The notes below the pieces were generated by a model that made no database searches, was not told the origin of the DNA, and was given only the letters and a program-made list of their open reading frames with translations. From the human T2T-CHM13v2.0 reference genome, Homo sapiens: a stretch of 64,000 bases of DNA. A program made the position numbers and the translations under genes. Positions 43,911-59,400 of this stretch are shown here, in pieces. The stretch lies in assembly GCF_009914755.1 (NCBI RefSeq), contig NC_060927.1, one strand, 5' to 3'. How positions within the stretch are numbered: the first letter of the stretch is position 1; every line of letters starts with the position of its first letter.

Positions 43911-46900
43911 AAAAACTGTGGTAATAATTGTTGCAGATGAGATACACTGGCATGCTAAATCTTGTGGATGAAAGTTCAAGAAAAACATTTCTTACTCTCA
44001 AAGTATATCCTCCCAAAATTTATTAATTATAAAGGGGAAATGTTAAATTTCACATTGGAAAAACCCAGCAGATACCACCTTAATCAAGTGATCATGTTTA
44101 ATATCAATGGTAAGACATTTTGACATCATGTACCCCTGACATGACACAGTGAGAAGGGCACATCAGTTCTGTGGTTTCTTGTGAAAAATATATAACTTCA
44201 ATCTCATCATGAGGCTGCACCAGGCAAACCTAACATGAAGGACACTCTATAAATTAACTTAGCATCATTCTTCATCGTATCTTCATATCACAATACAAGA
44301 AGAGGATGTTAGTGAAACCATTGGTAAAATCCAAGTAAAGTTTATAGTTTGTTCCCTGTTTTGATAATTGCACTGTGGTTATGTAAGGTATGAACCTTGG
44401 AGAAGCTGGGTGAAGAGTGTATGGGAATTCTCTGTACTATTTTTGTAATTTTTTAAAATATAAAGTAATTTTTTTTAAGTCTGGCTCTCTCATTAAATAG
44501 CTTTGTAATATTGTACAACATACCTCTTTTGAGTCTCACATTGTCCATCTGTAAAGTTTGCCTAACAATACAGAGCCTGTTACAAAGTATGTGAAATCTA
44601 ACAGAGAGACAATGTAGCCTCATAGTTAAAAGCAATTGCTTTGAAGTGATATAAGTGTGGTTTTACCAGTTAAAACTGTGGAGGAATGCAAAACTTACCT
44701 AACTTTATTAAGCCTCAGTTTCCCCATTTTTAGTACTCAGATGCACTTACTGTGAATCTTAAATATGATATAGCAGGTAAACATTTAACCCTTCTTAGTA
44801 GGAGATGAACTGAGAATGAGGAACTACAAATTTGAATCCAAAGTCTTAAATTCCAGTTGCACTTATTAGGATTTTTTTACATGAAGCAGATATTAAAATT
44901 AAGCATGCAAGATATCTTTCTTCGTCTAACTCACATATTGAAGTGAACAACTTTTATTTAGGGAGTTTTTATACAACAGCGGACAAGGGAAAATTTAGCT
45001 CGTGTTATTTTGAAAGTGGCAGGAATAAATGTTTGATTAATAAGATTACAGGCATATTTGCATCTGGAGAGAAGGTTCATAAAAGAGTTATTTTTACTTG
45101 TAATTTATTTAGCTTGAAACAGAGGGAAAAAATTGAGATTAATCAGTTGTCAAATACCTTCTGAGAAACCCAAATATACTTAAAGAATCATGCTGAGATC
45201 TGACATACTTCTAGGTTTTTAAAGGAATTTTTTTTTTCTTTTTGTTTTTGTTTTGGCTAATCAGTTTATGAACCACTTTGTCTATGGGTAAACCAAGATC
45301 TGATAACTCTCAGAACAGAACTTTCATAAATCTATCTGTGGAAAAATGCCTCAAAACATATAAAAATCATAAAATAAAGGGAACAAATATAAAGAACACT
45401 GGAGAGGGATTTGGGTGTTGTGTCTGTATTTTTGCAGTCTTAGCTTCATGTGCTGCCTGACCACATACTTCGTACTTGCTTCCTCCTCTGTCATTTGAGA
45501 TGTTATTTGGTTGTGAGAAGGTGGAAATAGCACTGTATGTTAAAATTGATTCCCAAATGCGTCAAAATGTCGTATCTGTGGTCTGATGGACAACAAACAA
45601 ATGCAATCATGAAAAGTTATTCCCATCCTGACAAGACTTTAAGAAAATCCACTATTTTGAGAATGGGTAAGTTAAAAAATTACTACATAAAATAAATCTT
45701 CCCTTCATGTAATATTCCCTATGTGATGAGTCTAAATTGTTGGCAGCCATACTCCTAATAATACACGTATGTACATATCTGTGTGTGTCTATGCACATTT
45801 TAAATACTTGTGACATATTTATTTAAAGTTTATTTATGAGCAGTATGGTAGTTTAAAAGGATTATGAAGGTCATTCTGTGTGTCAAACGTTGTTTTAAGA
45901 AGAAAGTATCTGAAATAAAGTAGCACTTATTTGTTGCTTTGTTTTTATTCTGATTGCAGACAACTGTGTCATACAGTATATGACCAAGTAGATATTTTTC
46001 TGTACATCCTAAGAGAGGGCTTGGACTAGGCCATTTCTGTATTGATATCCTGAGACCTACATATCCCTGGAGACCAATTACAAAGGTTCACAAGGTTGTT
46101 TTTATTTTGTTTTCTCTTGATTCCTTTTTAATGAGGTCTCCCAGTAAACAGCAAGCATGATGCTTTCCTGTTGGAGGCCTGTCTGCCGCCTTCAACCATT
46201 TATTACTAATTCATCTGGGAAATGATTTATAAATTAAATATTAGGAAAATGTACTTGAGGAAAAAAGTGGTAAGAGGTACAATTTATAATTCTCATTTAG
46301 GAGAAAGTCATGCCAGCAGTTTGCTAATGGAAGGATGCTGAGAGTCACTCATAGAAATACAGTTGTGGTTTATGTAATAAATAGAGATGTACATGAAGAG
46401 AATCTTCAATGTATATTTTTGGGCATGTGATTCATTTTAATAAATTGTGAAGACAGAAGTTCCCAATTTTTCTCTTCAAGTGAACCCTTGGAAAATTGGG
46501 AAATAATAAAGAGCAGAAGTGACCTATCAATATGTGCTATCTCATAACTCCTCCTCATGACAAAAATATAGTATTTATCAATACTAGGTGAAAATAGCTT
46601 CATCATAGAATAAAATGTGGTGTTAGTAGATGTCAGTGTCATCATAGATTTGTGCAAGAAGGGATTCCAGATGCTATTTTAGAACAATCTTCTCATTGTA
46701 CAGATGATGAAACTGAGGTCATCCCTGTTTATGACTTACCTAAGGTCTCATAACTTTTAAGATATTAAATTTTTGAGATTATTTATAAAGCTTCAAGATT
46801 TATTTTTGCACTTGTAGGCAGTTTTTGTATGAAAGAAATCTGCTTTTCAGCTAATCAGTCAGATTAGGATTGTGTCTTATGAGAATATCTTTTACATTTG

Positions 46901-47078
46901 CGTTGTTGAAGGAAGATGAACAATAGCTGTGTCTCTACACCCAGAATTAAAGAGGAACAAAATTATAGCTTTGGAATCATCTTCTAAAATTTTATTAATT
47001 CCAGGGAATTAAAGCACACTCATCTTGCAGGTTTTATTTAATAAAAACGTTTGTTACTTTTTTTAAAGTTCTGAGTAA

Positions 47079-47398
<320 letters not shown>

Positions 47399-48951
47399 TC
47401 TAGATATCTTTTCAATACTGCTATAGTGGTTGCATTATAGCAATCATTAATCTCAAAGATATAAGCAGTGAATTCATAACTGTGAAATCATAACTTTGTG
47501 GTTAATATTTTTTTCTGATCCCATTTTAATCTTTTTAAAATTTCATTTCTGTTTGAATATTTAGACTGTACTTGAATATAAATTTCAAACATAATTAAGC
47601 ACATGTTATCTTTATTTAAAAGATGAGGCATATGTATATTATCTATGTATACACTATTTAAATATGTCCATGTATACATAAAATTATATGTTATATGTAA
47701 TTTTCTAAATTATATATATATACTGAAACAGACAGATACAGTTTATGGCTGATATTTTCTGGTGAAAATAATTTACCAGTATGGGTTTGTTGGTGTCTGG
47801 CTGTCACCACTAAGAAAAGATTCTACTGGGTCATTATAAAAATTTCAGTTTGGGGGAATGTTAATAGAAATTAGCCATATTATAGTTTGGACAGCACCTA
47901 TATGCAGTTTCATTTACCGATATTAACTTAGCACATGCTGGTTTATGAGGGGAAACAGAATTCAGTGGTGCACATTTAATCATTTTTCTTTATCTAATTT
48001 AAATCATATTCTTCTTGATAAAGTGTTATCTTGGCCAATGTAAGAAGATGGAGGACCCTCCCATGAACTTTGTGGGACAGACACTGAAAATCTGTGTTGA
48101 CAGCATGTCTCTAACTCATCCTTCTCACAACATTTGCTGTTGGAATAGAACAGAGAATTCTGTAAGAGTCATAGTTTTTAGATAAAGATTGTTACAGAGG
48201 CATAATAATTCCAGAAGATTTCCATCTTCTAACAATCTCTTGAAATCAATAATAAAGACAATGGCTTTCTATTCGTCCACTTTACCACATCAGGCAGTGG
48301 AAATAGAAAATGATATAAAATTAATCCCTTCTCTTGACAATTGTAAAATGGTAATCCTCCATTTTATCCTCTCAGAGGATATTTGAAGATAACTTTTTTA
48401 TTATCCTATTTTCATATTCTGTCTCATAACCTCATATATTGTATAGCCCATTTCATTGCTGGTGGTCAAATAAGACTGCAGTAGAAAGCCACAGGTAGGT
48501 TACTAGGGTTCTGAAGAATGTATCAGCACAGAAAACCAATTTCAGATATATTTTCAATGTTATTGCTTTAGAATACATCTCCTTTACTGAGACATCAAAA
48601 ATCAAAGACTAGATGAGCTCATTCATGTGAATAAGCTTGGGGATAAATTACCTCTTTCTAGTTTCATATTAAAAGAGCAGTAGCATAGTCAGCCTGACTG
48701 TGGGATCTTGGTCAAGCAAAGCTAAATGTTCTTTTCCTAATTTTTCATATTATTTAAGTGTAGTGTCAGAACTATTCCTTAGTGTCTTTGTTAGTTTTGC
48801 TCTTAACTGTAGTCTCATGTGTTCAGAATGAGCACCAGCCAACAAATACAGACAAATGCAATATTTCAACTGTACTTTACATATAAAAAGATGGTGTTAA
48901 TACACTCTCTTCTGTGGTTATTATGTAGTTTACTTACAAACTGACATGCAT

Positions 48952-49204
48952 TTTTCTCACTTATAAGTGGGAGCACGTATGAGAACACACAGACACAGGG
49001 CAACACACACTAGGGCCTATCGGGGTCAGGGGCAGGATGAGGGAGCACATCAGGATAAATAGCTAATGCATGCAGGGCTTAATACTTAGGTGATGGATTG
49101 ATAGGTGCAGCAAACCACCATGATACACATTTACTTATGTAACAAACCTGCACACCCTGCACATGTATCCCAGAACTTAATAGAAATTAAGCTAAAAAGA
49201 AGAA
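48952..49204 (+). mobile_element. 5'-truncated L1PA (about PA10-13) 3' UTR
   Basis: ttctcacttataagtgggagc...caggataaatagctaatgcatg...aacaaacctgcaca; TSD aaactga(c/t)atgcat at 48938-48951 and 49205-49218. Confidence 0.88.
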
Positions 49205-49689
49205 AAACTGATATGCATGATGCATGCTTATTTCTTCAGAAATATTGAGATGTTTATTTAATAGATGCCATAAAGCTACCTGAAATCTAACTAAGAGAAT
49301 CCTAGTTTACTGCATTTGTTGGCAAAAAAGTAGACTATTGATATAAAATATTTTGAAGTTGCAGCCTTACATGATTGCCCTGTTTAGTTTTTTGGAATGT
49401 CTTTTCATAAGGAAGTTTGATTCTTTAAACTTGGAATTCCAAAATTCCCAGTACTTTCAATCAATGGACTAATCGCTTCCCTGCCTGCTGCCTGCCTGCC
49501 TGCCTTCCTCCCTCCTGCTCTTTCTTTCTTCCTTTCCTTTATAATAAAAAATCAAGTTATTGGAAAAAGTATTGAGTCACTTTATTCTTTGTGTCTTACT
49601 ATGTAAGTTTCAAATTTTTGTGCCTTTTTGCTTTTATTCTGTCGTTGCTGTATTTCGAAGCATCGTTTTCCCCTTTTCCATTGAGATGT

Positions 49690-50085
49690 AGTATACATAA
49701 TGTAAAAAACCCCTTAAATATTACGTTTCATCTATTGCTCCATATATGTACTCATGTAACCACTACCTTGATCAAGATAGAGAATATTTCCATTAACTTT
49801 AAAAGTTCTCTTTTACTCCTTGTCTGTCAATACCTCTTCTATCCTGAGGTAATTTGTCTTCTGACTTCTATCACCGTAGATTAATTTTGCTTGTTCTTGG
49901 ACTTCATATAGGTGGAATCCAAAAGTACGTACTGTTTTATGTCTGGCTTATTTTGCTCAACATACTATTTTTTGAGATTCTTTTGTATTCCATGTATCAG
50001 GAGTGTGTTCTTTTCATTGCTGTATATTATGTCATTATATGAATATATCGCAATCTCTTCATCCTCCTCCTAGTGATGAATATAA
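49690..50085 (-). mobile_element. Old L1M (ME-like) fragment
   Basis: catgtaaccactaccttgatcaagatagagaatatttcca...gattaattttgcttgttcttggacttcatata...ttttgctcaacata. Confidence 0.7.
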
Positions 50086-50089
50086 CTGA

Positions 50090-50462
<373 letters not shown>

Positions 50463-50890
50463 TAATTCTTATGCAATAGTAATGAGTCTTTAAAACAAAA
50501 TCCTGTGTTTGAATGTTCTTGAAATCTCAGAAATTATCTAGCAAATAACAGGGCTTTTTTTTTTCACTGCATGTGTGCATCATACGTATATACCTTTGTA
50601 ACTGAAAACAAAAGGTAGAATCGTATAGTAGTTAGGATAGAAAGCTGTAGAATCAGATTGCCTGAATTTGAATTACAGATATTCTACTTGATATTGTGTG
50701 AGTTGAGGCAATTTATTTATATTAGCTGTATCTTGCTTTTTAAAAAATAAAAAAGGATATTAGAACCTTCCTCATAGAATTGTTTTGGTGATTAAGTTAG
50801 ACTTTACCTTCAGAGTAGACAGTAAGCACTCAATAAATGTTAACTGTTATTGTTCCAAGTATGTACATTATTTTTATTCAAAAATGTGTG

Positions 50891-50932
50891 CAGGATTCCA
50901 TATGATTCTACAGGATTCCATATGATTCTACA
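50891..50932 (+). repeat. Perfect 20-bp tandem duplication
   Basis: caggattccatatgattcta x2 plus ca. Confidence 0.97.
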
Positions 50933-51375
50933 TACATATGCATCGTTAAAATGTACTATGTAGATTAGGTTGATCTAATGACTGTCTTCTCTAACCAAAA
51001 TTGTCAGAGGGCTAACTCTTCTCACTCATTTTGGCTCTTGTATCTCTACTTTAGTGGAACCAAAGTGAATGATAACAACCAGAGAGAGATTGCTTCTTGA
51101 CTACAAATAATGAGATACTCCAGTTTAAATTAGTTCAACAATGTTCTTGATCAAATCATTCTCAATCACTTATTTTCAGAATCCAGATATTACTGCTGTG
51201 AATAACAAAAGAAAACTCAAATTTCTGTTCTTGAAGCATTAAGCCTCTTGATATTGGGAAAATGGTGTTAAGTGTGAAAGAAAGACAGCCATCTAATTTG
51301 TTGGACATCTAGGTGTGTCATGCTAAATTCTTTAGATTTGAAAAATAAATTTTTCATAGTATTTTTCTATTCTGA

Positions 51376-51771
<396 letters not shown>

Positions 51772-54453
51772 TAAATATTTAACGTGTTTGGTGCCAACAA
51801 CTCAGTATTTAGCCTAATCCCTATTTCAGAATCCAGAGTCTATATTGGTGCCATTCGTTGAATACCGAGGATGGCACAGAGCTAAACCTCCATCACCCCA
51901 TAGACAGTGGGGACAGTGCCTCCAGCATACGAATGATATAGGTAGAGATATGGCTGCAAAATGGTAGATGTGACTTTCTGACTTGAGGGATTTCAGGGTT
52001 TTCTAACAATGTAGGATGGTGGGTAGATACCAAAGGTCCATGGCTTTCATAGACCAGTGATGATACTTGAATTATTTATGTAAGTGTTTCATCCCTCCTA
52101 TTAAACTGCACCTTCTTTGGGAGTAAATTTTAGGTATTAATTTGTTTCTTCTACACCATTTAGCATATTGCGTGCGCTTAGTAGATCCCACATAAAAATT
52201 TCTCATTAAATGAAGTAAGCATATAAGCCTAAAAAGTACAGTGAAATTTTTTAAAAATGCCATTTTAAAAGAATATGACAACAAAAATGGCATATGTATG
52301 CATTAAATAAATATGTAAAATGACTCTCAATAAAATGTTAATTGTGTAGTTATTTTTGGCTGGGAATTCAAGTGATTAAAACTTCTCTTTTTTGTAATTA
52401 TATCACTTGTTAATAGTAATTGATATTATTTATATTATCAGAAACAAATGAATATGATCATAGTAGATTATAAAGGAAAACATAAACAAACCATTAACTG
52501 TAGAAAAATCAAAATTTTCAAAGCTACTTTTCCCAAAATTATCATACCTAGACATTCAAGGAGTTGATTTTGTTTTGTATTTAAATTTTTCTATAGTATG
52601 GAGAAAGAAGGAATATTCAAAATTATTTTTATAAAGCCACCATTACATTAATACAAAGATCTGCCAAACACAGCCCAAAAGAATATTTCAGATCAATTAT
52701 ACTTAAGAATATATGTTCAAGAATCCTAATTTAATTCATCAGATTATTTGTACATTAAAGGAAAAGCACATAGAAAGAAAATAAACATTGAGTGAGCCTC
52801 GTTGCAAAACTCTTCTGATATTTCAAAATTGGGAAGCAGTTTCCTTTCCATGTAAATCATTATTTCCAATATATTAAGTATAATACAAGTGTAGGTTTAA
52901 TCAATTTCTATTTTGGTAACTCATTTAAGAGCATCACTATTTTTTATACTGTGGATGAGGTATTCTGACTTCTCAGTTGCCTTAAAAGAGTGCCAGGGAG
53001 TCATACTGCAGTGTTAAATGTGCTCTTCTGCCTTGCATTCATGCTAAGAAAACCAGTGTCTATTATGTGGCTCCTCGCTTTAGCCTTCTCAGCATGAATG
53101 ACCATTCAAGGAGCAACAGTATTTTATAAAAGTATTGATTGTGTTGGTTTGTAAAGGGCCCCATAATGTTCTTCCCACATCAAACCTGTGCTCTCTGTGT
53201 AAGAGAACCATAATAGCTACAGCCTCCTGGTAATGTATATGAATTGTACAGAATTTCAGTTTATGGATCAGCTTTGTAATAGTGCAGAGTTTCACTTGGC
53301 TTAACCAGGTGTGGGCAATTGTTGGGTGCCTTTAAAAAGTCATAACATTTCCAGGGACAGGGATGTAATGGGTCATTTTATAAGAAAGAAGAAAATGTAT
53401 TAAACGTACCACATTATTTTTAGTTCAATGGTAGGTGTAAGACAGAAAGTACGTTTGCTTGGTATACATTTCTGTGGGACCCAGTGTTTGGCTTTGGTCT
53501 GCTAATTTCCTTTGCCTTTTCCTATTTAAGTTTTTTTCTTTTATTCTTCTATTAATAATATGATTTCTATAAGTTTCAGAAACTTTCTAAACAATAAAGT
53601 ACTCCATTTCTGCACTATTGAGGTTGATGTTGGCCTTATTTATTCTCACCTTTTTTTTAAATTTGGTTTTTGATTTGGGATTTGGGGTGGCGCTGGCTTA
53701 TTAGCGTTCTTGGTTGCAGCACATTTTCCTCCTTCAGTAACAACTCTAGAAGCTTAATAACCAAAGTTATAACCTACATTTGTTTTACTGTGCTCTAATA
53801 CTCTTAACTACCGGGCAGATTTCAGTATAAGGTGAATTGGCATGAGAATTGTTTAGTCAATCAATAGCCATTTAATAAGCATTTGGTTACATGTTTTGGA
53901 ATTTTTAAGAGACATATAAGGTACTAGTGTGCCATGTTCTCACAGAGTGAACAATCTAGGGAAGCAAGAAATATATATATATATGACAATGGTTTTAGGT
54001 AATAAAATAGAACTTTTAAAATAAGTTATAAGCTTATTTCCTCATAGTGATCATTCCATATCACAGGCCACCTGCATCCTCCATAAAAGAATAGGATTCT
54101 TAAATTTGATGTTTAATAGATTGTGTCACTTTACATTAGCCCTAATTAACTTTTTCCTAGTAATTTTGTGACCTTCAAAATTTACTTAATTTATCAATGC
54201 CATTAGTTTTTCATTTTTAAATTGGAGATAGTAGGAATATCTGCGTTATATAACATATGTAAAATGTAATTTAAATATACAGAAATGAAAATTGGGAGGT
54301 AATCTAACCATCTTGTGTTACATATGAGGAAATCAACACACTGAAGTAGGAGGCTTCCCCAAAATGGAATATTGAGCTTCATTAGTGGATATTACATTTG
54401 TTGACTCTTCATGTTTCCTCATTGGAGTTTCCAGATGCCACTCTTGCTTCTGA

Positions 54454-54803
<350 letters not shown>

Positions 54804-55054
54804 CAGTGTCGCAACTTTCTATGGTATAAGAGTTACTTTGTTTAGCAGAAGTCTCACAGTTTGAGAATTAACCTTCTCAGTGGAGAGCTGGCAGACTGGT
54901 TATAAATAAGGGCTTCAGCTCCCTTAGTGTGGGACATGCTGCCCGCTCCCTTCAGGTACTTATCTGTCCTGGACCAGACAGAAGCACATCTGCTTTTCAT
55001 TTAGCTTACTTCCATTTCTCCACTTCCTCTCTTTTGTCAGTGTTAAAGCTTAAA

Positions 55055-55116
55055 ATGATGAAACAATCCAGCAGTTATCCAACTACAGATAAATAACTGC
55101 TGGACTGTATCATCGT
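55055..55116. repeat. Imperfect inverted repeat: 24-bp stem, 14-nt loop
   Basis: atgatgaaacaatccagcagttat pairs with ataactgctggactgtatcatcgt: 21 Watson-Crick pairs, 1 G-U, 2 mismatches. Confidence 0.85.
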
Positions 55117-55428
55117 AGACAGTTGGTGAAAAATTCTAGACCAGAATCCAGTCCCTTCAGTCTTGTATTCTTTCTAATGTATTGAGAACAAGACAGGAAC
55201 ATTGATTACCTATTTTTAGCTGGTTTCAAAAACAGTAACCTCAATTCCACAATCAAGATTTGGATTCAGAAATACTGAGTTTGCACTGAGCTCTTTCCTG
55301 CTTCACTTTGGGGTCATGAGAAAGGCTGTGAATTTCTGCTTCATTCCGATTCCCTCATTTTAATAACCTGCCAGGAGACCTCTAGGGGAGTGATTGTAAT
55401 AAACTAGCTAATAAAATGAGATTAGAAC

Positions 55429-56176
55429 CTTCAAAACTAAACATCCTCTTATGATACAATCCAGCAATCACACTCCTTGAGATTTACCCGAAGGAGGTGA
55501 AAACTTATGTTTACATAAAGACCTGCACACTGATGTTTCTAGCAGCTTTATTCACAATTGCCAAAACTTGGAAGCAACCAAGATGTCCTTCAGTAGATGA
55601 ATGGTTAAGTAAACTGTGGTACACCTAGAGAATGGAATAATATTTGGCACTAAAAAGAAATGAGCTATCAAGCCATGAAAAGACATAGAAGAAACTTAAA
55701 TGTGTATTACTAAGTGAAAAAGCCAATCTGGGAAAAAAGCTATATACTTTATTATTCCAACTATATGACATTCTGGAAAAGGTAGAATAACTATGGGAAG
55801 AGTAAAAAGATCCGTGGTTGCCAGGGATTTGGGGTGATGGAGAGATTAATAGAGCACAGAGGATTTTTAGGGCAGTGAAACTAATCTATATGATACTATA
55901 ATGATAGATACAGATACATGTTATTACAAATTTTTCCAAAACCATAGAGTGTAAAACATAAGAGTAAACCCTAATGTAAACTCCGGACTCTGGGTGATAA
56001 TGATATGTCAATGTGGGTTCACTGATGATAATAAATACACCGCTGGTGAGGTATATTGATAGTTCAGAGAGGCTGTGTGTATAGGAGGGCAGGCATATAT
56101 GGAAAATCTCTGCACCTTCCCCTCAATTTTGCTGTGAACCTAAAGCTGCCTAGAAAAAATAAAGTCTGTTAAAAAA
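55429..56176 (+). mobile_element. L1MC1/2-like 3' end
   Basis: ccagcaatcacactcctt...ccaaaacttggaagcaaccaagatgtccttcagtag...ctcaattttgctgtgaacctaaa; probable TSD tgagattagaac at 55417-55428 and 56194-56205. Confidence 0.85.
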
Positions 56177-57938
56177 TCACCACAGGCAAAATGTGAGATT
56201 AGAACAACCTCTTCAAAATAATACACAGAAAGTATTTACAAATGCTAACTAAGACATAGGGTTCAAAACGTAAAACTGCTCACAGCCCAGGTACTAAAAT
56301 TAGATCAATCTAATCATTAGATACTCAATCATTAGATACAATAGAATTTGCCCCAGTAGCAAATGTTTACTTTTGATTCTGTTATACACTACTTAACATG
56401 GTCCAGTGTCAGCATAAGGCTGTAATTTGGCGATTGCATTTCTTTATTTAATAACTGCTGATAAAGCTGAAATAAAGAATCAGTAAAAAGGTTTCACTTT
56501 TGTAAAGCACATCCAGGGTTTATAGGAAAGGAAATATTTCAGCATTTCTGATATATAAAAGAACAAAGGTGTTATATTAAGAAAAAATAATACATAAAAC
56601 AATATCAGGGACATTGAATTGATGAAAGTAATCAGTAACATTTTAAATCCATGTTGGCTTGCATTGTGAAAGAAGGGAATAATTTACAGTTCATGATATT
56701 TGTATTTAGATGTTTGTATTTTTATTGTGTTTAGAGAATCCCAGGAAAGGAAAGAATCCTACAGCCCGTAGGATGAAAAAAGCTTTGGATCTCATGCCAG
56801 GACAAGGGCACTGATGCCCAAAAAGATAAAGGCCTTCCTCAGAATCTTATGGTAAAAGTCAAATTATTTAAAATTCGCTCCAGGGTTCATGAGTAAGATT
56901 AATTGGTAGAAGTTAACTGGCTATATGGTTCACGTTTAAAAATAATTTCTAAAAATTGGATACCCCTTATGAGAGAAAATATAAGTGGCTTTGAGTAATA
57001 GTTTATATTCCAATTATTGCAAGTAATCAATCATATACCAGGTAATTTCCTGACATGAGTTACATACCAAAAATTATATTGGGTGAAAAGCTCGAATGAA
57101 TATAGGTAACATTCCACTCTAATGTAGCTTTCTGTATCTTAGAACATTCAACTTTATTAAGACTTTATAGTTTTTAGGAATAGAGTTAATAAAGAACTTG
57201 GAATCTTCTATCAAGAAATAAAGAGGTGGGAGTGGGGAGATCTACCTCTGGAGATTCTCATGTGTTCAGGATATATTCAACGTTCATTTGTTCCTAGGCA
57301 GGGTACAGAATAAACTGATACCCGTAAGTCCATTCTAGCCCAATGTTTCAAAAAATGCTGGCATTTTAGTGAAATGTAATATGGATAACATAAGGTAACA
57401 TTGCGAATAGTGAAGTCTGCAACTAAAAGATAAAGCATTTAAATGTCAAATAGCATTGTGTAAATAAATCTAAAATGAAATTTTCAACCAGTTTTTAAAA
57501 CTTACTTCCACTAACAAACATAACATAGTGTCATGCAGAAGATGATGAGGAAGCAAAGAATATGTTAAGGAAACCTGTAGAAAACCAAATGCCTTCTTGT
57601 ATTAAATGAATTTACCATATCTTTCAAGGAATAATCATGTTTATACAAATGTGTGTGGTTTCCAGGACCCATTTTTCTTTTCCTTCCCTATACATGCAAA
57701 CATATACAAATATATCAGCTCACATACTTATTTCCCTGTGGTTTCAGACTATTAAATGTTTATAATTACTCTGCTTGATGACTGTAATTTTTAGTTACAG
57801 ATCGAATTGTCCCAGGTGTGGATGCTGCCAAAAGCCACGGTCATTGGCAACATGACATCTGGAAGACAGTCTGGCATGTAGAGTCAGGGAATTTGCTAGA
57901 AGTTGTTCCTCATACAGTGCAATAGTACAAGCAAGCAT

Positions 57939-58891
<953 letters not shown>

Positions 58892-59095
58892 CACCCCACA
58901 CCCAACTGGCAAACACATGCCCTGTTGAAAGAGTCTGCAGAAGAGTCCTTGCTTCAGGTACATTTTTCACATTCCAGTCCCAGTTTAGCCCTCCCCCATC
59001 ACCTTAATGACCACCGTTGCATAACAAGCAATGCCTTCTTGTGAGGCATTAGAGGTGACTAGGAGTGAGCTTTAGGGTGGGTACCCTTCAGGGGG

Positions 59096-59400
59096 TTTCT
59101 TTTTTTTTTTTTTTTCCTTGACTAGGAGTCTGGCTCTGTTGCCCAGGCTGGAGTGCAGTGGCGGGATCTCAGCTCAGTGCAACCTCTACTCACGGGTTCA
59201 AGCAATTTTCCTGCCTCAGCCTCCTGCGTAGCTGGGATTATAGGCACTTGCCACCATGCCCAGCTAATTTTTGTATTTTTAGTAGAGACATGGTTTCACC
59301 ATGTTGGCCAGGCTGATCTCAAACTCCTGACTTCAAGTGATCTGCCCACCTTGGTCTCCCAAAGAGCTGGGATTACAGATGTTAGCCACCGCTCCCAGCC
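59096..59400 (-). mobile_element. AluSx-like
   Basis: Poly-T followed by a full antisense Alu. Confidence 0.94.

Noticed and set aside
55210-55219. Perfect MEF2 consensus CTATTTTTAG
   Set aside because: A single AT-rich 10-mer is expected by chance; no supporting cluster.
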